64,000 nucleotides of DNA, from positions 1,357 through 65,356 of the forward strand of contig JAFIGI010000059.1 in the NCBI GenBank assembly GCA_020831465.1, read 5' to 3'. The position numbers and the translations under genes are program-made. A model generated the notes under the pieces. It had not been told where the DNA came from. It did not search any database and was given only the letters and a program-made list of their open reading frames with translations. Shown piece after piece: positions 25,305 through 35,034 of the stretch. This stretch comes from Chlamydiales bacterium (GTDB lineage Bacteria; Chlamydiota; Chlamydiia; Chlamydiales; JAAKFR01). Each line of letters starts with the position of its first letter. Position 1 is the first letter of the stretch.

Positions 25305-26376
25305 CCTATTTTTATCTTGGGCTTTGTTAGGATGCGAAAAAAAGCTCGAACCGCTTCCCCCACGAAGCTATGCGGTTGAAATGGAAGAGGCATTCACTGA
25401 AGATGTCCCTTATAACCTACTTGGCATCGGGCAACTCAACGCATCGATCGAAGTGGAAATCAAAGCGCAAGTGGAAGGCTATTTGACCAATGTCCTTTTC
25501 AACGATGGGGCGCTTGTAGAGGAAGGCGAACTGCTCATGACGATCGACCCCAGGATTTATGAGGCTAATTTAGAGGCGGCAAAAGCACAGTTAGCAGAAA
25601 ATCAAGCGCGGCTTCGCTATGCCCTCGATTTTGCCGAGACCTACGGTAAGCTTGTTGGGGATGAGTATGTGTCAAGACTCGAATACGAGCAGGGGGTTCA
25701 GAATGTCGACGTTTATAAAGCGGCGATCGAATTGAACTTAGCAATGATAAAAAAAGCAGAGGTCGATTTAGAGTTCACCCAGCTGCGCGCGCCGACAAAG
25801 GGATATGTCGGCTTGCGCAAATACGATCCAGGAAATGTGATCTACCCGGAAATCGACGAAACCCTTGTTACGATCCGAAAAGTGACTCCCCTTATGGTCG
25901 ATTTCTCCCTTCCAGCCCAGCACCTCAACGAAATCCGCAGGCTACAAAGAGAGCACCCGCTTTATCTTGAAGCGGTTTTGCCTGAAGATCCCCACCATCC
26001 CTTGCAGGGTCTTCTCTACTCTATCGACAACAAGGTCAACAAACAGACCGGAATGATCAAAATGAAAGGAAATCTACCCAATGAGGATGAAAGAGGATGG
26101 CCCGGGGCATTTGTCCGCGTCTTTTTACGTTTGAAAATGTTAAAAGATGCGGTTCTTGTTCCTCAACAAGCGATTGTTTTGACCCAAGAGGGAAATATTG
26201 TCTATGTCGTCGATAAAGAGAAGATGACCGTCTCAATGCGCCCTGTAGAAAAAGGCATCCTCTACAAAAAATACCGAGTGATAGATTCGGGTCTTAAACC
26301 AGGAGAAACTGTGGTCGTCGATGGACAGCTCAACCTCTATGATGGAGCCCATATTTTTGTTCCGGAGAGGGAGTGA
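25273..26376 (+). CDS. RND efflux periplasmic adaptor (membrane fusion protein, AcrA-like)
   Basis: The start is set at the ATG at 25273 (MKTLLLRLITSLFLSWALLGC, with a lipobox). It has a HlyD-type hairpin/lipoyl pattern (IKAQVEGYLTNVLFNDGALVEEGELLMTIDP ... LRAPTKGYVG). Confidence 0.82.
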   Translation: MKTLLLRLITSLFLSWALLGCEKKLEPLPPRSYAVEMEEAFTEDVPYNLLGIGQLNASIEVEIKAQVEGYLTNVLFNDGALVEEGELLMTIDPRIYEANLEAAKAQLAENQARLRYALDFAETYGKLVGDEYVSRLEYEQGVQNVDVYKAAIELNLAMIKKAEVDLEFTQLRAPTKGYVGLRKYDPGNVIYPEIDETLVTIRKVTPLMVDFSLPAQHLNEIRRLQREHPLYLEAVLPEDPHHPLQGLLYSIDNKVNKQTGMIKMKGNLPNEDERGWPGAFVRVFLRLKMLKDAVLVPQQAIVLTQEGNIVYVVDKEKMTVSMRPVEKGILYKKYRVIDSGLKPGETVVVDGQLNLYDGAHIFVPERE

Positions 26377-26378
26377 GT

Positions 26379-29300
26379 ATGGTGAATCTCTCCGAACCCT
26401 TCATTAGGCGCCCTGTGATGACAACTCTGATCATGGTTGCGATCATCATTTTCGGTCTTTATGCCTATAGATCGCTTCCTGTCAGTGATCTACCCAACAT
26501 TGACTATCCCACAATCACAGTCACGGCCCAACAACCGGGGGCCAGCCCCGAGTACCAAGCGAATCTTGTTGCGCGTCCTCTTGAACGCAATTTTGCCGAG
26601 ATTTCAGGACTCATGGCGATGACCTCAAAAAATACAATGGGCAACTCGGTTATTGTCCTAAATTTCGACCTCGACGTCAACCTGGACGCGAAGGAGGTGG
26701 AGGTGCAGCAAGCTGTTGCTCAATCGATACCCGATCTCCCTCCTCTCCCAAATAGTCCGACCTATGAGAGACAGAATCCTGCCGATGCCCCTATCCTCTA
26801 TTTAGCGCTGAGCTCAAATTCTCAAACGTTGGCCGGTCTCTATGAAACCGGCTACAATCTCCTGGCACAACCGATCTCTATGATAAACGGGGTTTCTCAG
26901 GTAGACGTTTATGGCTATCCCTATGCAGCCCGGGTGCAGGCCGACCCGATGAAGTTAATGGCATATAATATCGACTTTAACGAGCTGGCAGCAGCTCTGA
27001 TCGACTCCAATCCCAATCTCCCATCGGGTTCCATTCAAGGCTATTACGAGAATGTTCTCCTACAAACGGAGGGTCAGATCGCCGTCGGAGAAGAATATGA
27101 TGAGGTGGTGATCAAAGAAGATAAAGGCCTTCCCCTCTTTGTCGGAAACCTCGCCCGTGGACGTTCTGCTCTTGAGAGTCGAAATCCCTATTTTCACTTG
27201 GTCGATCATAAAGGAAAAAAATCGGATGCAGTCACTTTAGCCGTCTCGCGTCTTCCAGGTTCGAATACGATCAAGATTTCTAAAGATATAAAAAAGTTGC
27301 TCCCTACATTAAAAAAAGGGATTCCCGGATCGCTCAATCTCGAAATATTTTATGATAAATCAGTTGAGATCATCAGCACGATTAAAGATGTTCAGCTCAC
27401 CCTAGTTGTTGCACTTATTCTTGTCATCGCCGTGATCTTTCTCTACTTGGGTAAGATCCTAGAAACGATCATTCCGAGCCTAGTCCTCCCCCTCTCAATA
27501 CTTGCCACGTTTGTCGTGATGCATTTTCTTGGCTTTAATCTCGATAACCTATCCCTCCTTGCTTTGATCCTTGCTATTGGCTTTATCGTCGACGATTCGA
27601 TTGTGGTGATGGAAAATATCGTCCGTCACGTTGAGATGGGAAAACGTCCATTTGTAGCTGCATTAGACGGTTCTAAACAGATCAGCGTAACTGTTTTCAC
27701 TATGTCTCTCGCCCTTTCTGCTGTTTTCATTCCTTTTATTTGGCTACCGGGGATTCTAGGACGCATCTTTAACGAGTTTGCTTTAACAATTGTGATTGCT
27801 ATCTTCTGTTCAGGCTTCATCTCCTTGACTTTGAATCCTATGCTCTGTAGTAGGTACATAGTCCCGCACAAATTTAGCGACAAGCTAAACCTCTCAGAGC
27901 GTGTGAACGCTAAGATGTTGGGCTGGTATGAGTGGGCCCTTCACCACAGTATCTATTTCCGTAAGACAACGCTTTTCTGTGGAATCGCCTGCATCTTTTT
28001 AACAGTCTGGATCGCCTATCTGCTACCTTACGATTTTATCCCAACGGGTAACTTGAGTTTGATTCAAGGAATGACGGTCTGCCAGGAAGGATCGAGTACG
28101 CTTAATACAATTAACCACCAACTGAAAATGAATGAAATTCTGGAGAGATCCCCCTATCAAAACGGATTTATGACAATGGCAGGGTGGAAATCGAGTAGCG
28201 AGGGTAGGTTTTTTCTGAGGTTGATCGAACCTCAGAAAAGACCGACTTCCACGGAAATTGCTCACAGCCTCTACCAGCAATCTCAGAAAATCGTCGGTAT
28301 GGACGCCTTTCTTCGTCCCTTCCCCCTTATCAATCTACAGGTCGGCGCAGGTTCCGGTTTGGGCGAGTACCAGTATACTTTGATGAGCACGGATTTAAAA
28401 ACGTTGCATGATACGGCTACAATCGTCACTGATAAAATGAAGGCGCTTCCAGAGTTTACAGGGGTCAACAGCGACATGAGTATTCAAAGTCCACAGCTCG
28501 ATATCAAGATCAACCGCGATGTCGCCGGCCTATACAATATCTCTGCTAGCGAAATCGAATCGACGCTCCAGTATGCCTATTCGGGAGGGCGTATCGGCAC
28601 TTTTAATAAGGGCCTAAATCTCTATGACCTAATTCTCGAAGCTGAACCAGGATTCGACTTAACAACAGAGGACATCGACCTGCTCTATATCAAAGCAGAA
28701 AACGTTATCGATGATAAGTCAGTCACAAACATGGTTCCTCTTAAAAGTGTCGCCAGTTGGAAAGAAATTGCCGGACCTGCTTCTCTCAACCATTACAATA
28801 CCTTTCCTTCTGTTACAATTTCTTTCAATTTAGCAAGTGGAGTCGCCCTCGGAACTGCTCTTGATAAAATCGACCAGATCGCAAAGGATTCTCTGCCAGA
28901 AAACGTGGTCGGAACTCTTGAAGGGGCTGCTAAAGTTTTTCGCGAAACCTTGGGTGCAATGCGATGGCTCTTTATTATCGCTCTGCTCGCGATCTATCTA
29001 CTGCTGGGAATTCTCTACGAAAGCTTTATCCATCCTCTCACCATCTTATCTGCGCTCCCTGTGGCTCTTTTCGGAGGCTTGCTAACCCTTTGGGTTTTTG
29101 GCCTCCCCCTTTCGCTTTATAGCGCTGTGGGCATGATCGTCCTGATGGGGCTTGTGCAGAAAAATGGAATTATGCTGATCGACTTTGCTTTGGAATATTT
29201 GCATGAACCTGGTGATGCCTCACCCCTTCAGGCGATCTTTGAAGCATCTAAGGAACGCTTCCGCCCGATTCTGATGACGACAATTGCTGCAATGGTCGGT

Positions 29301-29504
29301 GCGCTCCCAATCGCCATTGGGATCGGAGAGTATGCGGATCAAAACCGCCCATTAGGATTGGTAATAATAGGGGGGCTCCTCTTTTCGCAATTAATCACCC
29401 TCTTCGTAACCCCCGTCGTCTTTCTCTACATGCAGGATTTCCATAATTTTCTGGCTAGAAGAAAAGCGGAGAAGAAAAGAAATGCGTCAGGTAATCAAGG
29501 TTGA
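26379..29504 (+). CDS. RND-family inner-membrane efflux pump (AcrB/HAE1-like)
   Basis: It is about 1040 aa long. The N-terminus is MVNLSEPFIRRPVMTTLIMVAIIIFG. It has 12 TM segments plus two large periplasmic loops, and LALILAIGFIVDDSIVVMENI contains the proton-relay DD motif. The track ORF starts at the GTG at 26373; the ATG at 26379 is better spaced from the GGAGAGGGA RBS. Confidence 0.9.
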   Translation: MVNLSEPFIRRPVMTTLIMVAIIIFGLYAYRSLPVSDLPNIDYPTITVTAQQPGASPEYQANLVARPLERNFAEISGLMAMTSKNTMGNSVIVLNFDLDVNLDAKEVEVQQAVAQSIPDLPPLPNSPTYERQNPADAPILYLALSSNSQTLAGLYETGYNLLAQPISMINGVSQVDVYGYPYAARVQADPMKLMAYNIDFNELAAALIDSNPNLPSGSIQGYYENVLLQTEGQIAVGEEYDEVVIKEDKGLPLFVGNLARGRSALESRNPYFHLVDHKGKKSDAVTLAVSRLPGSNTIKISKDIKKLLPTLKKGIPGSLNLEIFYDKSVEIISTIKDVQLTLVVALILVIAVIFLYLGKILETIIPSLVLPLSILATFVVMHFLGFNLDNLSLLALILAIGFIVDDSIVVMENIVRHVEMGKRPFVAALDGSKQISVTVFTMSLALSAVFIPFIWLPGILGRIFNEFALTIVIAIFCSGFISLTLNPMLCSRYIVPHKFSDKLNLSERVNAKMLGWYEWALHHSIYFRKTTLFCGIACIFLTVWIAYLLPYDFIPTGNLSLIQGMTVCQEGSSTLNTINHQLKMNEILERSPYQNGFMTMAGWKSSSEGRFFLRLIEPQKRPTSTEIAHSLYQQSQKIVGMDAFLRPFPLINLQVGAGSGLGEYQYTLMSTDLKTLHDTATIVTDKMKALPEFTGVNSDMSIQSPQLDIKINRDVAGLYNISASEIESTLQYAYSGGRIGTFNKGLNLYDLILEAEPGFDLTTEDIDLLYIKAENVIDDKSVTNMVPLKSVASWKEIAGPASLNHYNTFPSVTISFNLASGVALGTALDKIDQIAKDSLPENVVGTLEGAAKVFRETLGAMRWLFIIALLAIYLLLGILYESFIHPLTILSALPVALFGGLLTLWVFGLPLSLYSAVGMIVLMGLVQKNGIMLIDFALEYLHEPGDASPLQAIFEASKERFRPILMTTIAAMVGALPIAIGIGEYADQNRPLGLVIIGGLLFSQLITLFVTPVVFLYMQDFHNFLARRKAEKKRNASGNQG

Positions 29505-29507
29505 TAC

Positions 29508-29524
29508 CTGATTCTGCTATAAAG
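29508..29524 (-). repeat. 17-bp arm of an inverted repeat (CTGATTCTGCTATAAAG); contains the 14-bp core of the dispersed repeat R
   Basis: It is the exact reverse complement of 30547..30563 and begins 4 nt after the RND pump stop codon. Confidence 0.9.
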
Positions 29525-29721
29525 CATATCGTCATGTCTTATGGCAAAGAACTTTGCCAGACCAAATAACATATGTTCAATCTTTTAATTGACGACACGC
29601 CCTAATAACTTGTATAAGTCCTGCCAAACGTTTAGAAATAGCAAGGTGCTGTCTTAATTGTGTAAATCCTTCTAAAAAAGGGATGTTTTAAACTATTAAA
29701 AATTAATTTTAAGGCTTGTAA

Positions 29722-30597
29722 ATGTCAGACCCTAGATCAAGAACTTATTTTGAAAGATTAGATCATAATGATCCTCAATTCGAGCACTGGCGTTCGCTTG
29801 AACATGAATGGGATAACCTTACTATTCGGCGTCTTGTCAGTCTCGGAATTTCTGAAAGTTTTCGTTGTGCCGATATTGGTGCTGGACTTGGAAGTATAGC
29901 TCACTGGATGGCTGAACGTGTTGGTCCTACCGGACACGTCGTCGCCTGTGATCTAAATCCGCGTTATCTCGATCCACAAGGCCGCAGAAATTTTGAAGTT
30001 CGAAAGCTCGACATAACAAGCGATGAACTAGAGGCAGAAGCTTATGATTTAATTCATTGCCGTTCCTTATTGATCCATATAGGTGATCCTGCTATGGCGA
30101 TCAAACGAATGGTGCGTGCTTTACGTCCCGGTGGCCGCTTGCTTCTTGAGGAAGGATGCGGATATGCACGAGCAAACCCTTCTCATTCTAGAGCCGATTT
30201 TTTTGATGAAATAAATCAACGCTTCCGGAAAGGAATAGAAAAGCTGATTGGTGTGAAAGGAAACTTTGGTTTGCGATTGCCATCCCTACTTGAAGACACA
30301 GGGCTTCACCATATTGGTGGAGAAATGATCGGCCATTTCCATATGGGTAGTACCGATTTATCACCCTTTATCACGTTGGCCAAGGTAGTACGTACTCCTC
30401 TAATAAATGCTGGTATTTTGACAGAAGCTGAACTAGATGAATGTATCGCTCTTTATCAAAACCCATCTTTTTCCTATGCTGCTGGGCAGATGGCTGGTCT
30501 GGGGTTCAAAGGCAAACTGTCTAACCAAATGAAGCATTATACACCTCTTTATAGCAGAATCAGTACCGTTTTATCACAACATGTTACGATAAATTAG
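29722..30597 (+). CDS. Class I SAM-dependent methyltransferase
   Basis: CADIGAGLGSIAHWMAE is motif I, VVACDLNP is motif II, and LRPGGRLLLEE is motif IV-like. Its last ~17 codons run through the right-hand repeat arm. Confidence 0.75.
   Translation: MSDPRSRTYFERLDHNDPQFEHWRSLEHEWDNLTIRRLVSLGISESFRCADIGAGLGSIAHWMAERVGPTGHVVACDLNPRYLDPQGRRNFEVRKLDITSDELEAEAYDLIHCRSLLIHIGDPAMAIKRMVRALRPGGRLLLEEGCGYARANPSHSRADFFDEINQRFRKGIEKLIGVKGNFGLRLPSLLEDTGLHHIGGEMIGHFHMGSTDLSPFITLAKVVRTPLINAGILTEAELDECIALYQNPSFSYAAGQMAGLGFKGKLSNQMKHYTPLYSRISTVLSQHVTIN
30547..30563 (+). repeat. 17-bp arm of an inverted repeat (CTTTATAGCAGAATCAG); contains the R core
   Basis: It is the exact reverse complement of 29508..29524 and lies inside the 3' end of the methyltransferase ORF. 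Confidence 0.9.
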
Positions 30598-30662
30598 CAG
30601 CGGTTTTATTGTCGGGAATTTACCTTGCGGCATCGGTTATCTGGCTGAATTGACGAGACGGC

Positions 30663-31769
30663 CTAGAATCCAACTGATAAACCCATGGTGAAACCTCCCA
30701 AAGAGAGGCTGCCAATTTGATGAACCAAAACCCGGTCATCATTTCTTTCTGTAAATTGGTTCATCTGAACGCCATTGAAGAGGTATTGTCCCTCCCATCC
30801 AATTCGGCCCCGTAATTTCACACAAGAGAACTCTCCCTCCCAGTAAGCTCCCAGAAATAATTCAAAGATCGGAATCATCGTATAAATAGTATCTTTTTCG
30901 ACGGCACGAGTGTTTCCTGTATCAAACTCGATATCTCGTTGAAAGATATCAATCTTTGACCATAAAAGATCGAGATTAGACCATCCGACAAGGGAAAAAC
31001 AATTGAAGATATTCCACTCTGTCGAAAGTCCTGCGCGGATTCCTCCCCCTCTCAAATCAAATTGGTTTTTACTTATTAGTCCTTCTTCAATATTGCCACC
31101 GAAGTATCCTACGTCGAGATATTGATCAACCCAGGCAGCGCGAGCTCCAATTGAGGGGCTGACCTTAAGTTTCTGCGCAGGACAAAATGTGCCTTCAAAA
31201 GAAAAATCGGCAAAGTTGACTGTAAGGGCATACTCGGCTTCGGCCAAATCGGCAAGAGGATTGCCTACAGGATTTGTCCAGATTGGATTCATTTCGCCTT
31301 GGTGCTCTTCTTTTGTCAGTGAATGGTAGTAGGTCCACTCTGCTAAAAATACCCAATTTTCCAGGCAGGGAAGGAACCCGCCTACACCAAGCCTGACTCC
31401 TGAAGAATATTGAGGATCGACTCTAACAAACTTTGCCGTTCTTAATATCACATCGTCATCAGGGGGGAAAGATATCGCATAGGGAAGTTGATCCGATCTT
31501 GCCTTCCAATATAAATAATCGATTTCTAAAAAAAAGTTCTTGCATGAGGAGGGGTCGCAAAAAGAGTACGGGCTGACAAAATTTTCGCAACACGGCTCGT
31601 AACAACTTCCTCCAGATTGATAGACTTGAAACGGAGGATAGGGTTCGTAAACACAATCCGGAGATGCGGGAGAGAGGGATTCAGGTAACGCTATCTCCTC
31701 GTGACCAAGAGCAGAAAGATTTAAACAGATCGACAAAGATGTCGCAGCAAGAATTAATAAGCGTTTCAT
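30663..31769 (-). CDS. Cysteine-rich beta-barrel outer-membrane protein (MOMP-like / Legionella-OMP-like family)
   Basis: A signal peptide (MKRLLILAATSLSICLNLSALG) is followed by a Cys-rich N-terminal stretch of about 50 aa with 7 Cys. Alternating amphipathic strands are present (LEIDYLYWKARSD...), and the terminal ...GFTMGLSVGF ends in an aromatic residue. An AAGGAGGAAAAG RBS lies upstream. Confidence 0.7.
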   Translation of the reverse strand: MKRLLILAATSLSICLNLSALGHEEIALPESLSPASPDCVYEPYPPFQVYQSGGSCYEPCCENFVSPYSFCDPSSCKNFFLEIDYLYWKARSDQLPYAISFPPDDDVILRTAKFVRVDPQYSSGVRLGVGGFLPCLENWVFLAEWTYYHSLTKEEHQGEMNPIWTNPVGNPLADLAEAEYALTVNFADFSFEGTFCPAQKLKVSPSIGARAAWVDQYLDVGYFGGNIEEGLISKNQFDLRGGGIRAGLSTEWNIFNCFSLVGWSNLDLLWSKIDIFQRDIEFDTGNTRAVEKDTIYTMIPIFELFLGAYWEGEFSCVKLRGRIGWEGQYLFNGVQMNQFTERNDDRVLVHQIGSLSLGGFTMGLSVGF

Positions 31770-31837
31770 TGGAAACCTTCTTTTCCTCCTTTATAGTTTT
31801 TTTTGCCTTTTTTTTTGAATTAGAGTTTGTCAGCTTT

Positions 31838-33109
31838 TTAGGCAAGCAGAGGATAGAGAAGAAAAAAAGAGAGAATCCCGGCAAAATAGCCGATTAGGGC
31901 AATCCATGCGATGCGCTTCATGTACCAAATAAAGTCGACTTTTTCGATCCCCATAAAGGCTACTCCGGCAGCTGAACCTATGATAAGAACGCTTCCACCC
32001 GTACCGGCAGCATAAGCGATCAGGAGCCAAAGCTGGGAGTCGATAGGATAGGTCGCAATATCGTACATTCCCATTGTAGCCGCCACGAGGGGGACGTTGT
32101 CGATCACACTGGAAATCAATCCGATAAGAATAGCAACGTAGCTTTGGTTAGGCAGGACTCTTTGCAGATACTCTGCAAGTCCCTGAAGGAGACCGGCCGT
32201 TGCAAGGGAATCGATGGCAAGAAGGATTCCAAGAAAGAAGAGGATTCCCGAAGTATCGATTTTGGTCATGACATGGACAACGCGCAAGTGCCATCTTTCT
32301 TCGCCATGTTTGAAATGAATCAAGTCGGTTACAAGCCATAGAATGCCAAGCCCGAGCAAGGCTCCCATGAATGGTGGGAGACCGAGGAGCGCCTTCCAAA
32401 CCGGGATCATGATCAGAGAGGCAACCCCCATAAACAAAACACGCCGCGCTCCGGGCTCCATCTCCATGTGGAAAGTACTCGGAACAGGCTCGTTTTCCCC
32501 CTTTATCATCAGCGTAGCGACAAGGCCGGAGGCTAGGGTGCAGACAACGGATGGAATAAAAAGGACTTTGATCGTCTGCCAGGTGGTGATTTTCTGGTTG
32601 ATCCATAGCATCGTTGTGGTGACATCGCCAATAGGAGTCCAAGCGCCTCCGGCATTGACAGTGATAACGATGATCGAACCTAGAAGCCATCGTTCCTTCG
32701 GGCTTTTGACCATCTTCCTTAAAAGCGAAGCCATCACAATCATAGAGGTCAGGTTATCGAGTGTAGCCGACATAAAAAAAGAGATGCCGATCAAAAACCA
32801 AAGCATTTTCCGTTTTGAAGAGGTGTAGATAATGTCCGTGATCAGTTTAAACCCATGATGGGAATCGATCAGCTCGACGATGATCATCGCTGCCAAAAGA
32901 AAAAAGATGATTTGAGCGACATCCGATATCTGCTCGGCCATCAAACCGGGGGTCATTCCTCCGTGGGCTTCTATATAATAGAAAATCCAACAGACAACCC
33001 CCATTACAAGAGCAACAGCTGATTTATTCACATGCAGAACGTTTTCAAAAATGATCGCGAGATAGCCGATGGTGAAAAAAATCAGTAATTCAATATGAAG
33101 CATACCCAT
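31838..33109 (-). CDS. nhaD: NhaD/ArsB-superfamily Na+/H+ antiporter
   Basis: It is a polytopic membrane protein of about 420 aa. The patterns (LHVNKSAVALVMGVVCW, FFMSATLDNLTSMIVM, ISSVIDNVPLVAA) are typical of NhaD and citrate-transporter-like proteins. The track start at 33160 is a TTG only 14 nt from the divergent gene, so I chose the ATG at 33109. Confidence 0.75.
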   Translation of the reverse strand: MGMLHIELLIFFTIGYLAIIFENVLHVNKSAVALVMGVVCWIFYYIEAHGGMTPGLMAEQISDVAQIIFFLLAAMIIVELIDSHHGFKLITDIIYTSSKRKMLWFLIGISFFMSATLDNLTSMIVMASLLRKMVKSPKERWLLGSIIVITVNAGGAWTPIGDVTTTMLWINQKITTWQTIKVLFIPSVVCTLASGLVATLMIKGENEPVPSTFHMEMEPGARRVLFMGVASLIMIPVWKALLGLPPFMGALLGLGILWLVTDLIHFKHGEERWHLRVVHVMTKIDTSGILFFLGILLAIDSLATAGLLQGLAEYLQRVLPNQSYVAILIGLISSVIDNVPLVAATMGMYDIATYPIDSQLWLLIAYAAGTGGSVLIIGSAAGVAFMGIEKVDFIWYMKRIAWIALIGYFAGILSFFLLYPLLA

Positions 33110-33174
33110 TAGATTAGCCGATCTCTGATTTTTCGTTAAATAGAAGCTTTTCGTTGACAAGCCTTTGAGGAATA

Positions 33175-34935
33175 ATGAAAAATAAGGGAGTATTTCTTTT
33201 GACTATGCCGCAGCAAAGAACACCATCACAACGTTTTAAAGCTTTTATCCCTAAGTCATTCCAGTGCCTTAGTCAAGGGTACTCCTTTCTTGGCTTTCGC
33301 AATGACCTAATCGCCGGAGTTTCCGTAGGCGTAATCGCTTTTCCGATTGCACTTGCCGTCGCAATTGGAGCCGATATTCCTCCGGAACGGGGCCTCTTTA
33401 CCGCTATCGTCGCCGGGTTCTTGATCTCCCTTCTCGGAGGGAGTCGTGTTCAAATTGGGGGACCGAGCAGTACCTTTATCGTCATCCTCTATGGCATTAT
33501 GCTTAGACATGGCTTTGACGGAATGCTCATGGCGACATTGATGGCAGGGGTTATCCTGGTTTTTTTCGGTTTCGCAGGAGTGGGAACCTACATCAAATAC
33601 ATTCCTTATCCGGTCGTGACGGGACTAACGACCGGGATCGCAGTGGTGATTTTCTCCTCGCAAATCAAAGATTTTCTCGGGCTGCAGATGGGGGTTGTCC
33701 CGATCGACTTTATAGGGAAATGGGAATCTTATTGGAACTTCTTAGGAACATGGGATCCCAAAACCCTTGGACTGGGAATCGGCACCCTCGCCATTATTAT
33801 TTATTTCCGCCGCTATAAGCCGCGCGTTCCGGGCGCCCTTATTGCTCTGGCCGCGACCGGATTAGTGACGTGGCTTTTCCACATTGACGTCCCGACAATC
33901 GGAAGCCGATTCGGTTCGCTCCCCCGTTCCCTCCCCTCTCCTTCTTTCCCGGTTTTTGAATTCGGCGAAATGCTAATTCTCGTGCCTGATGCGCTCACAA
34001 TCGCCCTCTTGGCGGGAATGGAGTCGCTTCTTGCCGCTGTCGTTGCTGAAGGAATGACTGGATGGCGACATCAATCGAACTGCGAGCTGGTCGCGCAGGG
34101 TTTTGCCAATATCGCATCAGCTCTTTTCGGAGGGATGCCTGCAACCGGCTCCCTATCAAGGACTGCGGCCAATATCAAGGCAGGAGCTTCGACTCCAATG
34201 GCCGGCATGGTCCACGCCGGATTCATATTTTTAGTCATGTTCCTCTTCGCACCGCTCGCAATGCAAATTCCGCTGACCTCCCTCGCTGCCGTTCTGCTTA
34301 TCATTGCCTGGAATATGAGCGAAATCCACCACTTTGTCCATCTATTCACCGCTCCAAAAAAAGATGTTGTCGTACTTGTTACCGTTTTTATTTTAACGGT
34401 TCTCATTAACATCACCGCTGCAGTCCAAGTGGGGATGATTCTTGCAGCGTTTTTGTTCATGAAGCAGATGAGTGATCTTTCAGACGTGGTCTCGACCACA
34501 CAATTTTTTGAAGACAACGGGGAGAGCATCGAGGGGGCCTACCGTGATCCCGATTCGATCAGCCGCACCGAGGTTCCCGAAGGCGTTGAGATCTACGAGA
34601 TCAATGGGCCTTTCTTTTTCGGGGTTGCCGATAGACTGAAAAACCTCTTTAACGAACTCTCACGGCCTCCGAAAATTTTTATTCTGCGCATGAGACGCGT
34701 CCCGACGATTGATGCCTCAGGAATGCATGCACTTGAGGAATTTTATATCGAATGTAAACGTCAGGGAACCCTTCTCCTTCTGGCCGGGGTGAAGAGGGGT
34801 CCTTTGCGCGACTTGCGCAGATACCACTTGGACGAGTTGATTGGGGAAGACCACATCTTTTCTCACATCAACTCAGCCCTCGAATTCTCGCGCGAGCTTC
34901 TTCGCGTCGAGAAATTCCAAAAGGCAATGAGTTAA
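33175..34935 (+). CDS. SulP-family anion transporter with a C-terminal STAS domain
   Basis: DLIAGVSVGVIAFPIALAVAIGA, GGPSSTFIVIL and LSRTAANIKAGASTPMAG are SulP motifs. The C-terminal YEINGPFFFGVADRL...LRMRRVPTIDASGMHALEEF is a STAS domain. Confidence 0.88.
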   Translation: MKNKGVFLLTMPQQRTPSQRFKAFIPKSFQCLSQGYSFLGFRNDLIAGVSVGVIAFPIALAVAIGADIPPERGLFTAIVAGFLISLLGGSRVQIGGPSSTFIVILYGIMLRHGFDGMLMATLMAGVILVFFGFAGVGTYIKYIPYPVVTGLTTGIAVVIFSSQIKDFLGLQMGVVPIDFIGKWESYWNFLGTWDPKTLGLGIGTLAIIIYFRRYKPRVPGALIALAATGLVTWLFHIDVPTIGSRFGSLPRSLPSPSFPVFEFGEMLILVPDALTIALLAGMESLLAAVVAEGMTGWRHQSNCELVAQGFANIASALFGGMPATGSLSRTAANIKAGASTPMAGMVHAGFIFLVMFLFAPLAMQIPLTSLAAVLLIIAWNMSEIHHFVHLFTAPKKDVVVLVTVFILTVLINITAAVQVGMILAAFLFMKQMSDLSDVVSTTQFFEDNGESIEGAYRDPDSISRTEVPEGVEIYEINGPFFFGVADRLKNLFNELSRPPKIFILRMRRVPTIDASGMHALEEFYIECKRQGTLLLLAGVKRGPLRDLRRYHLDELIGEDHIFSHINSALEFSRELLRVEKFQKAMS

Positions 34936-34946
34936 AGCGCCGGATT

Positions 34947-35029
34947 GAAAATCACAGAGTGGGCGGAGGCGCTAAGGCGCAGAGTGTTTTGCGCGCCTCA
35001 GTCTCATCTGTGATTTTCATTTTTTTTTT
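34947..35029. terminator. Compound hairpin followed by a T10 run, between convergent sulP and fumC
   Basis: The outer stem is GAAAATCACAGA / TCTGTGATTTTC, and the inner stem is GAGGCGC / GCGCCTC. A T run follows at 35020-35029. This is a likely sulP terminator and may act in both directions. Confidence 0.6.
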
Positions 35030-35034
35030 ACGCT

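Noticed and set aside
29589-29618. A sigma-70-like promoter candidate upstream of the methyltransferase cassette (TTGACG, 18 nt, TATAAG).
   Set aside because: Such hexamer pairs arise easily in AT-rich DNA. The spacer is suboptimal and there is no transcript-start evidence, so I do not report it as a feature.
32148-32828. A 180-aa minus-strand ORF and a 161-aa plus-strand ORF that overlap the NhaD gene.
   Set aside because: Both are alternative-frame or antisense ORFs within a well-supported transporter gene. Their compositions are Arg/Pro/Ser-rich and they have no RBS.
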